Source: Candidatus Levyibacteriota bacterium
Lineage (GTDB): Bacteria; Patescibacteriota; Microgenomatia; Levybacterales; UBA12049
Length of the DNA: 64,000 nucleotides
Direction: 5' to 3'
Assembly: GCA_016186645.1 (NCBI GenBank)
Contig: JACPLF010000006.1
Coordinates: 46,312-110,311, forward strand
Each line of letters starts with the position of its first letter. Positions within the stretch are counted from its first letter, which is position 1. The notes beneath the pieces were generated by a model. That model was not told the DNA's origin and searched no databases. It saw only the letters and a list, made by a program, of their open reading frames with translations. A program made the translations under genes and the position numbers. This document shows, one piece after another, positions 10,606 through 20,521 of the stretch.

Positions 10606-11391
10606 ATGAGAGACAATAAGAAAACACGTGAGCGTATAACAGGAGAAGATAGCGGAAATTCAATTATTTTTAACCGCCATTTGGCAGCTTACAAATACGC
10701 TGCTTCTTATGTGGATAGGAAAAAAAGCGTATTGGATTTAGGCTGCAGTGATGGCTATGGAAGCTTTTTAATTGCAAAGATATCAAAGGAGACTGTTGCG
10801 CTAGATATTGATAAAAAGACAATCGAAGATGCAAGAAAAAAATACAGTATGGCAAACCTTAAGTTTGTTCTCGGGAACGCACTATCTTTAAAATGGAAAA
10901 ATAAATTTGATATTGTAGTGTCTTTTCAGGTTATTGAACATATCGAAGATGTAAATTTGTATCTTCACCAGATTAAAAAAGTTTTGAAAAAAGGAGGAAT
11001 TTTTATTCTTTCTACCCCAAACAGATTGCTCCGATTGAGAAACGGGGAAAAACCCTGGAATAAATTTCATATTCATGAATTCGAAAAGGAGGAATTAACG
11101 TCTTTTCTTAAAAAACATTTCTCAAAAATTGAAGCAATGGGATTGCATTCTTCAGAAGATATTTATGAAGCCGAGAGGAAAAGACTATACATAAGAAGGT
11201 TAATTGCGAAATTTGATTTATTTGATTTTTACTCGCATCTACCTCGTGAATTCACAGATAGGATTGTTGGGTTAATTAAAAAATTGACCTTAAGAAAAAA
11301 AGATAAAAAAACTACAAATCAAAATGATTTTTGGTTCAGCAAGGACAAGGTAGATATTTCCCTAGATTTACTGAGCGTATGCACAAAATAA
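10606..11391 (+). CDS. Class I SAM-dependent methyltransferase
   Basis: VLDLGCSDGYG motif I; FD.VVSFQVIEH; LK.GG...LSTPN. Confidence 0.9.
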   Translation: MRDNKKTRERITGEDSGNSIIFNRHLAAYKYAASYVDRKKSVLDLGCSDGYGSFLIAKISKETVALDIDKKTIEDARKKYSMANLKFVLGNALSLKWKNKFDIVVSFQVIEHIEDVNLYLHQIKKVLKKGGIFILSTPNRLLRLRNGEKPWNKFHIHEFEKEELTSFLKKHFSKIEAMGLHSSEDIYEAERKRLYIRRLIAKFDLFDFYSHLPREFTDRIVGLIKKLTLRKKDKKTTNQNDFWFSKDKVDISLDLLSVCTK

Positions 11392-11415
11392 ATACATATC
11401 AAGGTTTTTAGCTTT

Positions 11416-12597
11416 ATGGTCAAATTAATTAAGTCTACTTTTTATAATGAATATAATACGAAAGAAAAATTGTGTGAATTTATTAAAAATGCTAAGCAGC
11501 TTAGTTTTGGGACAGAGTGCGAGAAGTTTGAACAAAATTTTGCTAAGTGGCAGAAAAGAAAGCATTGTATATTTTTGAATAGCGGAAGTTCCGCCAACTT
11601 AGCTATAGTTCAAGCGCTTCTGAATGAAGGTAGCATCAAAAAAGGGGATAATGTCGGGTTTTCAGCTCTCACCTGGTCCACAAATGTGATGCCAATAATT
11701 CAATTGGGATTGAATGCGATACCCATAGATGTCGAGTTAAACACTTTAAATGTTTCCAGCAGAATGCTTAGAGAAGTTATTGAAAAACATTCTTTGAAGA
11801 TGCTATTTATTACTAATCTTCTTGGATTTTGCGACGACATAGATGAAATAAGAAAAATTTGCGATGAAAAGAAAATAATTTTTATAGAGGATAACTGTGA
11901 ATCGTTAGGTACAGTTTACAAAGGAAAATTATTGGGCAATTATGGGATAGCTTCTACATTTTCCTTTTATGTCGGGCACCACATGTCTACGATTGAGGGC
12001 GGAGCAGTTTGTACTGATGATGATAAGCTTGCAACCATGCTTCGCTTGGTTAGGGCGCATGGGTGGGATCGTAATTTAAGCCAAGAACAGCAATTAAAAA
12101 TTAGAAACAAGTTTAAAGTTAACTCCACATTTTACTCAAGGTATACGTTCTACAATTTGGGTTATAATCTACGGCCAACAGAAATAAATGGACTTATCGG
12201 TAATTTACAAATTAAGTACCTTACAGAAATTATAGAGATAAGAAGCAAAAATTTTTTTGATTTATCGTTGCCTATTTATAAGCAGGAAAATAAGTATTTT
12301 ACGATTAAATATAAACATATCGATTTCCTTTCTAGCTTCGCTATTCCTGTAATATGCAAGAGTCAAAAAATAAGAGACGAATTGGTTGAAAAATGCAAAG
12401 ATAAGATTGAGATCAGGCCAATTGTAGGTGGAGATATGACAAGACAGCCTTTCTTCATGAAGTACATGAAGAAATATGCAGATTCATTTAATGACTCAAA
12501 TGCTAAGTTAGTGCATGATCAGGGGTTATATTTCGGCAACAATCCTGAGCTAACATCTGAAGAAAAGAAAATAATTTTAGACGTATTTACTAAGTAG
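11416..12597 (+). CDS. ColD-like PLP-dependent GDP-4-keto-6-deoxymannose 3-dehydratase (DegT family, His-type)
   Basis: NSGSSANL, EDNCESLG, SFYVGHHMSTIEGG (His at the PLP-Lys position), RAHGW.R, GYNLRPTE. Confidence 0.75.
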   Translation: MVKLIKSTFYNEYNTKEKLCEFIKNAKQLSFGTECEKFEQNFAKWQKRKHCIFLNSGSSANLAIVQALLNEGSIKKGDNVGFSALTWSTNVMPIIQLGLNAIPIDVELNTLNVSSRMLREVIEKHSLKMLFITNLLGFCDDIDEIRKICDEKKIIFIEDNCESLGTVYKGKLLGNYGIASTFSFYVGHHMSTIEGGAVCTDDDKLATMLRLVRAHGWDRNLSQEQQLKIRNKFKVNSTFYSRYTFYNLGYNLRPTEINGLIGNLQIKYLTEIIEIRSKNFFDLSLPIYKQENKYFTIKYKHIDFLSSFAIPVICKSQKIRDELVEKCKDKIEIRPIVGGDMTRQPFFMKYMKKYADSFNDSNAKLVHDQGLYFGNNPELTSEEKKIILDVFTK

Positions 12598-13507
12598 GTC
12601 GGTCTTTTTTCTTTTGCGCAAGGTAATATGTGACCATTTCCGCAATTAGCCCTGTTGATAAAAGCTGCACTCCTAAAAGCATGAAGAATACTCCAGCAAT
12701 CAAAAGGGGAATCTTACCTTGAGTTGTGCCTGTTGTTAATTTGACATAAGTTACGTAAGCATCCATTAAAAAACCGGCAGAAAAAAGTGAAAGTCCTATT
12801 ACGCCGAAAAAATGTGCAGGTTTTGCAGCAAAGTCGCTTATAAAGATCGCAGTCAGAAGATCTAAAATGCCTCTCCAGCTTCTCCCAAAACCAAATTTGG
12901 ATTTCCCATATTTTCTTAACCTATTATTGACTTGAATTTCCGTAACCTTATATTTCTTTTTTGCTGCCAATATAGGGATGAATCTGTGTAGCTCGCCATA
13001 AATACTTAACTCGTCCGCAACTTCTTTTCTCAATATTTTTAGTCCACAATTAAAATCATGTAATTCTACTCCGGATAGAAATGCGGAGCCCTTATTAAAC
13101 AATATGCTTGAAATTTTCTTGGATAATGTATCTGCTCTTTTTTTCCTCCATCCATTAACCAGATCGTATCCTTCTTCTAATTTGGCGATTAGTTTTGGGA
13201 TATCCATAGGATCGTCTTGCAAGTCTGCATCCATCGCGATAATTACCTCTCCCGTTGCTTCTCCAAACCCGGTGGATAGAGCCAATGATTTGCCAAAGTT
13301 TGCTCTAAAAGTAATAAGCTTAATATTGTTGTTGGTTTTTTGAAGCTCAGCAATTATCTTACTTGAATTATCTTCGGATCCATCGTCAATAAAAATAATC
13401 TCATAAGGCTTGTTAAGTTTTTTTAAAGCTTTTGCTAGCTCATTGTGGAGTGTAGGAAGAGACTGAGCTTCGTCTTTTAAAGGGATTACTATGGAATAGG
13501 CAATCAT
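12590..13507 (-). CDS. GT2 undecaprenyl-phosphate glycosyltransferase (ArnC/GtrB-like) with C-terminal TMs
   Basis: IDDGS.D, NFGKS.AL, MDADLQDDP, HDFNCGLK, YGELHRFIP; two C-terminal TMs. Confidence 0.9.
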   Translation of the reverse strand: MIAYSIVIPLKDEAQSLPTLHNELAKALKKLNKPYEIIFIDDGSEDNSSKIIAELQKTNNNIKLITFRANFGKSLALSTGFGEATGEVIIAMDADLQDDPMDIPKLIAKLEEGYDLVNGWRKKRADTLSKKISSILFNKGSAFLSGVELHDFNCGLKILRKEVADELSIYGELHRFIPILAAKKKYKVTEIQVNNRLRKYGKSKFGFGRSWRGILDLLTAIFISDFAAKPAHFFGVIGLSLFSAGFLMDAYVTYVKLTTGTTQGKIPLLIAGVFFMLLGVQLLSTGLIAEMVTYYLAQKKKDRPT

Positions 13508-14082
13508 TGTTTGTTGTAGTATTTTTTATTTTGGAGTTTTTCTATGGTTTGCAAATTTGTCTTTGAAAAATTGACTACAATAATAAACGTTTTTTGGTTC
13601 TGAGCTGGAACTCTTTCTATTAGCGTACCAAGAACCTCCTGATGTTTTCTGGAAGCAGTTTTTAACTTATTAAACAAGTCATCGTTTGGTTTTTCTGACA
13701 TTTTTTTAAGCTCGTATGTTACAAGAGTCATATTGTGTTCTGCTTTTAATGCTGTTTGCTCTGCCAGCGCAACTTTGTTTTTATCTATCAGCATAGCTGT
13801 AGCCAATATGCCCTTATCTGCCTGCAATAGGTAAAATTCAATCCTCTTATACTGATCGCTTATGAGCACTATGCTTATTTTGTCTCTTAGGACTTTCAAT
13901 TTATACAGGGGATTATCAGGCAAAATACCGGGGAAAGCCAGATCGTAGTCTATTTTAGCGATCTCCATTTTAGGGTCAGCTGATTCAGTTTCCATTGAGT
14001 TTTGCTCCTTAGCTTCAGCCGAGATTGCAAAAAACAGAGAAAAAACGACAAAAACCAATATGAATAAATTCAATTTACGCAC
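13504..14082 (-). CDS. Secreted/membrane-anchored DUF5667-like helical protein
   Basis: N-terminal signal/TM then Y.L.FPGILPDNPLY.LK.LRD motif; probable GTG start at 14082, 6 nt after a consensus promoter. Confidence 0.65.
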   Translation of the reverse strand: MRKLNLFILVFVVFSLFFAISAEAKEQNSMETESADPKMEIAKIDYDLAFPGILPDNPLYKLKVLRDKISIVLISDQYKRIEFYLLQADKGILATAMLIDKNKVALAEQTALKAEHNMTLVTYELKKMSEKPNDDLFNKLKTASRKHQEVLGTLIERVPAQNQKTFIIVVNFSKTNLQTIEKLQNKKYYNKQ

Positions 14083-14088
14083 ATTTTG

Positions 14089-14117
14089 AGTATAGTCTAA
14101 TACGATGAAAGTGTCAA
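14089..14117 (-). promoter_or_regulatory. Near-consensus sigma70 promoter, leaderless GTG start
   Basis: Minus strand reads TTGACA-17 nt-TATACT-6 nt-GTG. Confidence 0.75.
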
Positions 14118-14122
14118 CATCT

Positions 14123-15109
14123 CTATTTGACAAGGTCTTTTAAATAGTTTTGAGTAAAATATTCAACGCCTTTTACATTTAAGTGTTCACGGTCCCAATA
14201 AAACTCCTGTTTTTGCATTTCTAGTGCGAAATCAAAATACTCTGTTTTGTATTTCTTTTTAAGCTCGGACAGTAACTTTATCACATTATCATGTCCGGGC
14301 ATTTCTCCCATAAGAGTGGGTGGTATTATGAAGGAAATTGCTGCATCATTCTTTTTTGCTAACAATATAATTTGTTCGACATGCTTTGAATACTTTGAGA
14401 AATTTTTATCACTTAACCCCTCATTATATGATATTTCCAGTCTTTGTTTATCTTCAGCTTGGTTAGCTAGCTGTTGTTCTTCCGGAGTCTTCTGAGCCAT
14501 TCGCGCTTCTCTTTTTCCAGCCTCAACCTTAGCAGAGTCCTCACTAGGAATTTCTTTATTGTCAGGTTGTAGATTTTCTACGGGTTTAATTTTCTCAGGG
14601 GATATAGTTTTAGGCATTAGCAGTTCCCTCATAAATTTATCAGAATTGTCTGTCAACTTATCTCTAAAGTAATTAAATACCACTTTTGTACTCACTTTGT
14701 TTTCGATTAGCTTAGAGAGGTATGAGTATTCGATTCCTTCCTGTTGAAGAATATAATTATCCTCATTCCAGCGAGACGAATAAAGCGCCCACGGATCTAA
14801 AAAATAAATAACTTGATTAGTTTTATTGTTTGCCTCAAAAAAACAAGTGAGAAATATTTTTTCCGGAACAACACCAGCAGCTCCTGTTGCCAAATTTTTC
14901 ATTTTTTTCTGTATAATTTTTTCTACTATGTGATCGTAAAATACTTGTGTATGTGATGTTCCCATTAGTAAGAAATCATATTCTCCGTTTCTAGGAGCTG
15001 TACAAGCAGATTCAAGGAAAGACTTGTTGTATAAAAGGTACATAATCACATTGTAGATAACGATATTAACTACCATTAGAATTAAAACTTTTAAAATAAA
15101 TCTTTTCAT
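14123..15109 (-). CDS. SGNH-hydrolase-like membrane-anchored O-acyltransferase partner (AlgJ/PatB/DltD-like)
   Basis: N-terminal TM, LLMGTSH (block I Ser), WDREHLN (DxxH); directly downstream of the MBOAT gene. Confidence 0.65.
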   Translation of the reverse strand: MKRFILKVLILMVVNIVIYNVIMYLLYNKSFLESACTAPRNGEYDFLLMGTSHTQVFYDHIVEKIIQKKMKNLATGAAGVVPEKIFLTCFFEANNKTNQVIYFLDPWALYSSRWNEDNYILQQEGIEYSYLSKLIENKVSTKVVFNYFRDKLTDNSDKFMRELLMPKTISPEKIKPVENLQPDNKEIPSEDSAKVEAGKREARMAQKTPEEQQLANQAEDKQRLEISYNEGLSDKNFSKYSKHVEQIILLAKKNDAAISFIIPPTLMGEMPGHDNVIKLLSELKKKYKTEYFDFALEMQKQEFYWDREHLNVKGVEYFTQNYLKDLVK

Positions 15110-15114
15110 TTCGC

Positions 15115-16614
15115 TTAAAATGCAAAATAGATAAACTGTTTTTTTGCAAATTCACCAAACGTCATAATGGTCCAAAATAAAAATGAATAAGCTGTCCAGC
15201 GGATATAGAAAGGTTTTTTAGACAAATATCCCCACATATCGCCATTTCTTTGAAAGAAATATACCGTCTGCATTACAATAATTGCAAAAGTTACAATTGC
15301 CAAATCGCTAATGCCTCGTGTGGCTAGTATTGGTTTTGCGATTGTCTCCAGCGGCAAAGCATTATACGCTGCCGTATACGAGACTGCGTCTTGAATATAT
15401 GAATCCAGACCTTTGAATAAATGAGTAGAAATATAATTAGCATCCAATACATCTTTTGCTCTGAAAAATATCCAGGCAAAACTTACAAGACAGAAAGTAG
15501 CAGCAATTTGGATCAAATATGTAATTTTCCACTTCATAATTTCGACCCCCAGAGAAAATGCATTCATAAAATTACCAAATAGTGTAGAAACAATAATATA
15601 AATTCCGTGCAATGTCCCCCAAATTATAAAAGTCCAATTCGCTCCGTGCCAAAGTCCGCTTAAAATAAAAGTTATAAGCACATTAATTGCCCACCTAATC
15701 TTTGGAACTTTATTTCCTCCAAGCGGAATATATATGTAGTCTCTAAGCCATGAGGAGAGCGATATGTGCCATCTTCTCCAAAAATCAGAAGGTGAATTGG
15801 CAAAATACGGACTGTTAAAGTTATTTATCAGCCTAAAACCTAAGACTTGGGCTGTTCCAACTGCAATGTCTGAGTATCCGGAGAAGTCGCAGTAAATTTG
15901 ATAGGAAAAAAGAATTGTTGCAAATACAAAGGATATTCCCGACTGAGCTACCGGATTATTGTTATAAATTGGATCTACGAAAAGAGCTAACCTATCTGCA
16001 ATTACTACTTTCTTAAAAAATCCCCATGCGATTAATTTGATTCCGTTGGTCACTCTTTCATAGTCGAAATAATGTTTTTCTCTAAATTGATGAAGCAAAT
16101 GCTGAGGTCTTTCAATAGGTCCTGCAACCAGCTGAGGGAAAAACATTACATATAGTGCGTAATGGAAAAAATTCTTCTCAGGTTTTTGTTTTCTTTTGTA
16201 GACTTCTATTGTGTAGCTCATTGCCTGAAAGGTATGGAAAGAAAGTCCTAAGGGAAGCAGAATAGATAGTGTTGGGAAATCATGCGACATCTTAAGAAAA
16301 TTAAATATATAAGAAATACTGTCAAAAACGAAATTAAAATATTTAAAATAAAAAAGTATCCCAAGGTTAGCAACAAGGCTTAATAATAAATATATTTTTC
16401 TTTTTATTCCTCCTTCTTTTGCGATAAAAAATGCCGCAAAATAATCAACTATTATTAAAAAGAAAAGTATAAATATGTATTCAACCTTGAAAGTCATGTA
16501 GAAGATAGAACTTGCTATCAAAAGGAAAATCACCCTAAGTTTATGTGGAAGAAGGAAATATAGAAGAACTACGAGTGGGAAAAATATTAAAAATTCAAAA
16601 GAATTAAATAGCAT
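15115..16614 (-). CDS. MBOAT family O-acyltransferase (AlgI/PatA/DltB-like)
   Basis: MLFNS..FL.F, LPLGLSFHTFQ, FFPQLVAGPIER, DFSGYSDIA, FWRRWHISLS, GLWHGANWTF. Confidence 0.95.
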   Translation of the reverse strand: MLFNSFEFLIFFPLVVLLYFLLPHKLRVIFLLIASSIFYMTFKVEYIFILFFLIIVDYFAAFFIAKEGGIKRKIYLLLSLVANLGILFYFKYFNFVFDSISYIFNFLKMSHDFPTLSILLPLGLSFHTFQAMSYTIEVYKRKQKPEKNFFHYALYVMFFPQLVAGPIERPQHLLHQFREKHYFDYERVTNGIKLIAWGFFKKVVIADRLALFVDPIYNNNPVAQSGISFVFATILFSYQIYCDFSGYSDIAVGTAQVLGFRLINNFNSPYFANSPSDFWRRWHISLSSWLRDYIYIPLGGNKVPKIRWAINVLITFILSGLWHGANWTFIIWGTLHGIYIIVSTLFGNFMNAFSLGVEIMKWKITYLIQIAATFCLVSFAWIFFRAKDVLDANYISTHLFKGLDSYIQDAVSYTAAYNALPLETIAKPILATRGISDLAIVTFAIIVMQTVYFFQRNGDMWGYLSKKPFYIRWTAYSFLFWTIMTFGEFAKKQFIYFAF

Positions 16615-16625
16615 AATTTGGAGAA

Positions 16626-17348
16626 TTAATTAGACATTTTTATTCTGATAATTCCTAGCAGTGCAGACACAAATTCTTTTACTCCCGCACTAGACTTACC
16701 ATAAGTTCTATCTGTGAAATTAATGGGTACTTCGGCAATTTTAAAGCCATTCTTTTTTAATCTAAAGGCAATTTCGGAGAGAGCAATAAAACCTTTTTCT
16801 CTTAGTTTTATTTTTGTTAAAAATTCCACAGATTTTCTGTTGTAGAGTCTGAAGCCGTTGGTATAATCACTGATTTTAAGACCCAGCCAGATATTTATAA
16901 AACTGTTGATTATTTTGCTCAATATTAGCCTTTTTAGAGGCCATTTAATTATTTTGCTTTCTTCTAAGTATCGTGACCCAATAACTAGATCTGCTTCTTT
17001 AGATTTTATGGTACCCAAAAATTTACTAAAATCTTCGGGATCATGAGCCATATCCGCATCCATTTCAAAAAAATATTTTATTTGCTTATTTTTAAACATT
17101 TCTCTGAAACCTGTTATTATCGCACTGCCTCTGCCCATTTTTTTAAATCTTGAAATTAGAATAACTTTATTTTTTAATTGCGAATCGGATTTAAGTAGTC
17201 TTTTTAGTTTTAGATTATTTTCGATTTTAGAATCATCAACGACTATTATTTTTGCATCCGGCAAAAAAGATAATATTTTTTTTGTAAGTAAGGAAATATT
17301 CTTTGTTTCGTTAAACGAGGGGATGATAACGCCAACAGATAATTTCAT
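16626..17348 (-). CDS. GT2 polyprenol monophosphomannose synthase-like (DPM1/Ppm1)
   Basis: IIPSFNE, VVDD, EMDADMAHDP, DLVIGSRY, D.TNGFRLY, EVPI.F.DR..G.S. Confidence 0.9.
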   Translation of the reverse strand: MKLSVGVIIPSFNETKNISLLTKKILSFLPDAKIIVVDDSKIENNLKLKRLLKSDSQLKNKVILISRFKKMGRGSAIITGFREMFKNKQIKYFFEMDADMAHDPEDFSKFLGTIKSKEADLVIGSRYLEESKIIKWPLKRLILSKIINSFINIWLGLKISDYTNGFRLYNRKSVEFLTKIKLREKGFIALSEIAFRLKKNGFKIAEVPINFTDRTYGKSSAGVKEFVSALLGIIRIKMSN

Positions 17349-17361
17349 TATAATACGCTTG

Positions 17362-17395
17362 ATTATACCACCTTTTTTGCGAAATGAGCTATAAT
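17362..17395. promoter_or_regulatory. Back-to-back divergent -10 boxes for 17348(-) and 17403(+)
   Basis: Minus: TGGTATAAT 13 nt before ATG; plus: TATAAT(17390-17395) 7 nt before ATG. Confidence 0.6.
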
Positions 17396-17402
17396 ATCTG
17401 AA

Positions 17403-19658
17403 ATGAGTAAAGCAAAAGAAATTATATTAGCACCCTCCAATTATTTATTAATATCCATTTTCCTTTTAGCCATATTCCTGAGATTTTTAGGTGTCAATCC
17501 CGGTTTTCCCCCTAACCATCCGGATGAGCCTACTATTTACGGTTCAGTTAGACAGCTGATATTATCCGGAGAATTTAAGCCGGTTCTTTATTCATATGGA
17601 GGTCTTCTCTACGAGTTATATGCAATTATTATAGCCGCATTATTCATTCCATTATCTTTCTTAGGTTTTCTTGTGTCCCACTTAAAAGAATTTATGAATA
17701 GCGGGGTTGCCGGGTTTATAGAGGAATACAGGCATTCTCAATTATTGTCAGGCCAAAATTTTTTGTATTGGACAAGGTATCTTAATGCATTTTTTGGGTC
17801 TCTTGCCGTAATTGCAGTATATCTTCTTGGGAAAAAATTGTTTGGTAAATCTGTGGGACTAGTTGCTGCTTTTTTGTTAGCTGTAAATTATAGACACGTT
17901 GTAAGTAGCGTCCTTGTTTTAGCGGATGCGCCGGTATCTTTTTTTGCACTACTTTCTATCATATTAAGTTTTAATTTAATCAAAAATAGATCAATGAAAT
18001 CTTATTTATTGGCAGGTATTGGTTTGGGACTGTCGCTATCTGTAAAATATTTTGTATACGTTATTCCGTTTTTTTTCCTGTGTCATTTGCTAAGTGTATT
18101 TGACAGAAGAAACTTAGCTCTTAATAAAAAAATATTTCTACTTTTTATCTCAAAAAATTTGCTACTTTCTTTAGGTATTTTTGCGATTACTTTTTTTATA
18201 ATAAATCCTTTTATTTTTTTAGATTCTAAAAATTTCCTGACTGAATATAGTTATGATTCCCAGAGGTTTGGAGTCACTTCTCCAATTTCAATTTTATTAA
18301 ACTATGATTACCACCGATCTTTAGTCGGACTATATTACCTTATAAGATATGCAATAGGAGATTGGCTAAGCCTTGCAATTATAGTCGGTTTTTTTTATTC
18401 GGCGATAAGAGGTTTTAAAAATACACTTATTTTGTCATTTGTAATAATCCCATTTTTGATCGTGTTTTTGGTCATAGCTGCTCCCTCATCCGCTAGATAC
18501 TATACGGCAATTATGCCCTTGCTATTGCTTTTTCCATCGTTTCTCATAATAGATATTTTAAGATTTGTTAAACCCAAGTTTTTAAAAATAACGTTAACTA
18601 TTGTTGTCATTTTTGCTCTTGCTGCACCATCAATAAAAAATAGTTTTCTGACTGCCCTTTATTTTTCTTGGCCCCAAAATCAAGTTTTGGCAGACAAATG
18701 GCTGGCGGAAAACTTATCTGAAGAAAGTGTGGTTGCCGTTTCTGCCGTTTCTTTGCCCCTAACAAAAAATATCAAAGAGATTGATATTAACCCTGCCGGT
18801 GCCACGACCTTAATGTCTATGGAGGAGCTTAAGAAAAATAATGCTCAATGGATAGTGGTTAGCTCTTTTTTTACTTCTTCTGCTAACGCTCAGGCATGGA
18901 TAAATAGCAATTTGGTCAAAGAAATGTTTTTTAATGATGATTTATTCTGGAAGTTAATAAATAATACATATATAAGCCTTACATTGAATGATGTTGGAGC
19001 ATATCGGGTGAAGGAATTTGTTAAGCCCTTTTGGCAATCTCCTGATAGAGCAATTATTATTGCAAAAATGCCGGATTTTTGGAAAATAAGAAAAGATAAA
19101 TTGATATATGATTATAAATTCAATAATGCTAAAGATAGAGAGCTTTTTTTGAAAGTCTCATTTATCGGAGAAGAAGAATTACCATCATTTTCCCCTGAGG
19201 TCGGACACGATAATTTTGGGAGTCTGTATTTAGAGTCAACAGAATGTCAAGCCCAAACAAGATTTTCTTCTAAGAGTTTTTCTGTTGATCCAGGAAAATG
19301 GTATTCGGCAATTGGTTTTGGAAAAAGAGAAAGTAATCCGATTTACTCAGGCTATAAGGATGGATTTTTGAGATTAGATTTTTATTCGGAAAATAACACA
19401 AAGCTTAAAGCATATGTTTCCAGACTTCTTGAATCCAGTGAGGATTGGCAGGAGCTAACGCTTGCAGGTCTTTCGCCGGCAGATTCCAAATATGGGAGAT
19501 TAAGTTTTCAGCTGGATAAATGTTTCCCCGGAGAAAAATATTTTATTGATGATTTACAGATATTTTCGTCTGATGAAGTCAAAAGTATAAATATTAAAGA
19601 ATATCCTTTCTATGATAAAGGGGTTCCTGAGAATTTGCTTTGGCTTCCTGAATTATAG
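17403..19658 (+). CDS. GT-C (PMT_2-like) glycosyltransferase with C-terminal beta-sandwich (CBM/CenC-like) domain
   Basis: LRF.G.....HPDEP, multi-TM core, VKY; C-terminus F.V.PGKWY...LDFY...WQ.L....P......RL......YFIDD. Confidence 0.8.
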   Translation: MSKAKEIILAPSNYLLISIFLLAIFLRFLGVNPGFPPNHPDEPTIYGSVRQLILSGEFKPVLYSYGGLLYELYAIIIAALFIPLSFLGFLVSHLKEFMNSGVAGFIEEYRHSQLLSGQNFLYWTRYLNAFFGSLAVIAVYLLGKKLFGKSVGLVAAFLLAVNYRHVVSSVLVLADAPVSFFALLSIILSFNLIKNRSMKSYLLAGIGLGLSLSVKYFVYVIPFFFLCHLLSVFDRRNLALNKKIFLLFISKNLLLSLGIFAITFFIINPFIFLDSKNFLTEYSYDSQRFGVTSPISILLNYDYHRSLVGLYYLIRYAIGDWLSLAIIVGFFYSAIRGFKNTLILSFVIIPFLIVFLVIAAPSSARYYTAIMPLLLLFPSFLIIDILRFVKPKFLKITLTIVVIFALAAPSIKNSFLTALYFSWPQNQVLADKWLAENLSEESVVAVSAVSLPLTKNIKEIDINPAGATTLMSMEELKKNNAQWIVVSSFFTSSANAQAWINSNLVKEMFFNDDLFWKLINNTYISLTLNDVGAYRVKEFVKPFWQSPDRAIIIAKMPDFWKIRKDKLIYDYKFNNAKDRELFLKVSFIGEEELPSFSPEVGHDNFGSLYLESTECQAQTRFSSKSFSVDPGKWYSAIGFGKRESNPIYSGYKDGFLRLDFYSENNTKLKAYVSRLLESSEDWQELTLAGLSPADSKYGRLSFQLDKCFPGEKYFIDDLQIFSSDEVKSINIKEYPFYDKGVPENLLWLPEL

Positions 19659-19696
19659 ATAAATTGATCTTATTTTGTTACAATCATTAAGCCTAT

Positions 19697-20521
19697 ATGA
19701 ATAAAAATCCCTTAGTTTCCGTATTGGTTCATACGAAAAATTCCAGCCGTACAATCTTGGAACACTTAGAAAGCATAAAAAATCAGTCCTACAAAAATGT
19801 AGAGATAATAGTTGTTGATAATAATTCACAAGATCAGACTTTAAAAATAGCGAAACAATTTACAGACAATATATTTAATGCGGGTCCTGAGAGAAGTGCG
19901 CAGAGAAATTTTGGGGCAAAAAAAGCAAAGGGAGATTATTATTTGGTTCCGGATTCAGACATGATTTTAGATAAAAACGTGATTAGAGAGTGTGTATTAA
20001 AAGTGGAGGAAGATCCTGAAGTTAAGGCTGTAATAATATGTGAAAAAAGTTTTGGAAAAGGATTTTGGGCAAAATGTAAAACATTGGAGAGAGAATGTTA
20101 TGTTGGAGATAATGCAATTGAGGCTGCAAGATTTTTCGATAAAAATGTTTTTTGGGAAATGGGGGGATATGATGAAAATATGACAGGGCCTGAAGATTGG
20201 GATCTTCCTCAGAGAATAAAGAAAAAGTATCAGATCGGCCGGATAAAAAGTCAGATTATTCATGACGAGGGAAAGGTTACTCTTGCAGGTCTTATGAAAA
20301 AGAAATATTATTATGCGAAAAAAGTATCTGTATATTTAAGAAAGCATCCTTTAAGTACAACTGGAAGTCAAATCATTTATCTTTTAAGGCCCGCTTTTTA
20401 TAGAAATTGGAAAAAACTCGCTAAAAATCCATTAATAACCTGTGGTATGATAATTATGCTTGCTTTTGAGCAAACGGCGGGATTTTTTGGTTTTATTTCC
20501 GCTACTTTTAATTCAAAATGA
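19697..20521 (+). CDS. GT2 family glycosyltransferase
   Basis: PLVSV, EIIVVDN.S.D.T, ERSAQRNFG, DSDM, GGYDE...GPEDWD. Confidence 0.9.
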   Translation: MNKNPLVSVLVHTKNSSRTILEHLESIKNQSYKNVEIIVVDNNSQDQTLKIAKQFTDNIFNAGPERSAQRNFGAKKAKGDYYLVPDSDMILDKNVIRECVLKVEEDPEVKAVIICEKSFGKGFWAKCKTLERECYVGDNAIEAARFFDKNVFWEMGGYDENMTGPEDWDLPQRIKKKYQIGRIKSQIIHDEGKVTLAGLMKKKYYYAKKVSVYLRKHPLSTTGSQIIYLLRPAFYRNWKKLAKNPLITCGMIIMLAFEQTAGFFGFISATFNSK

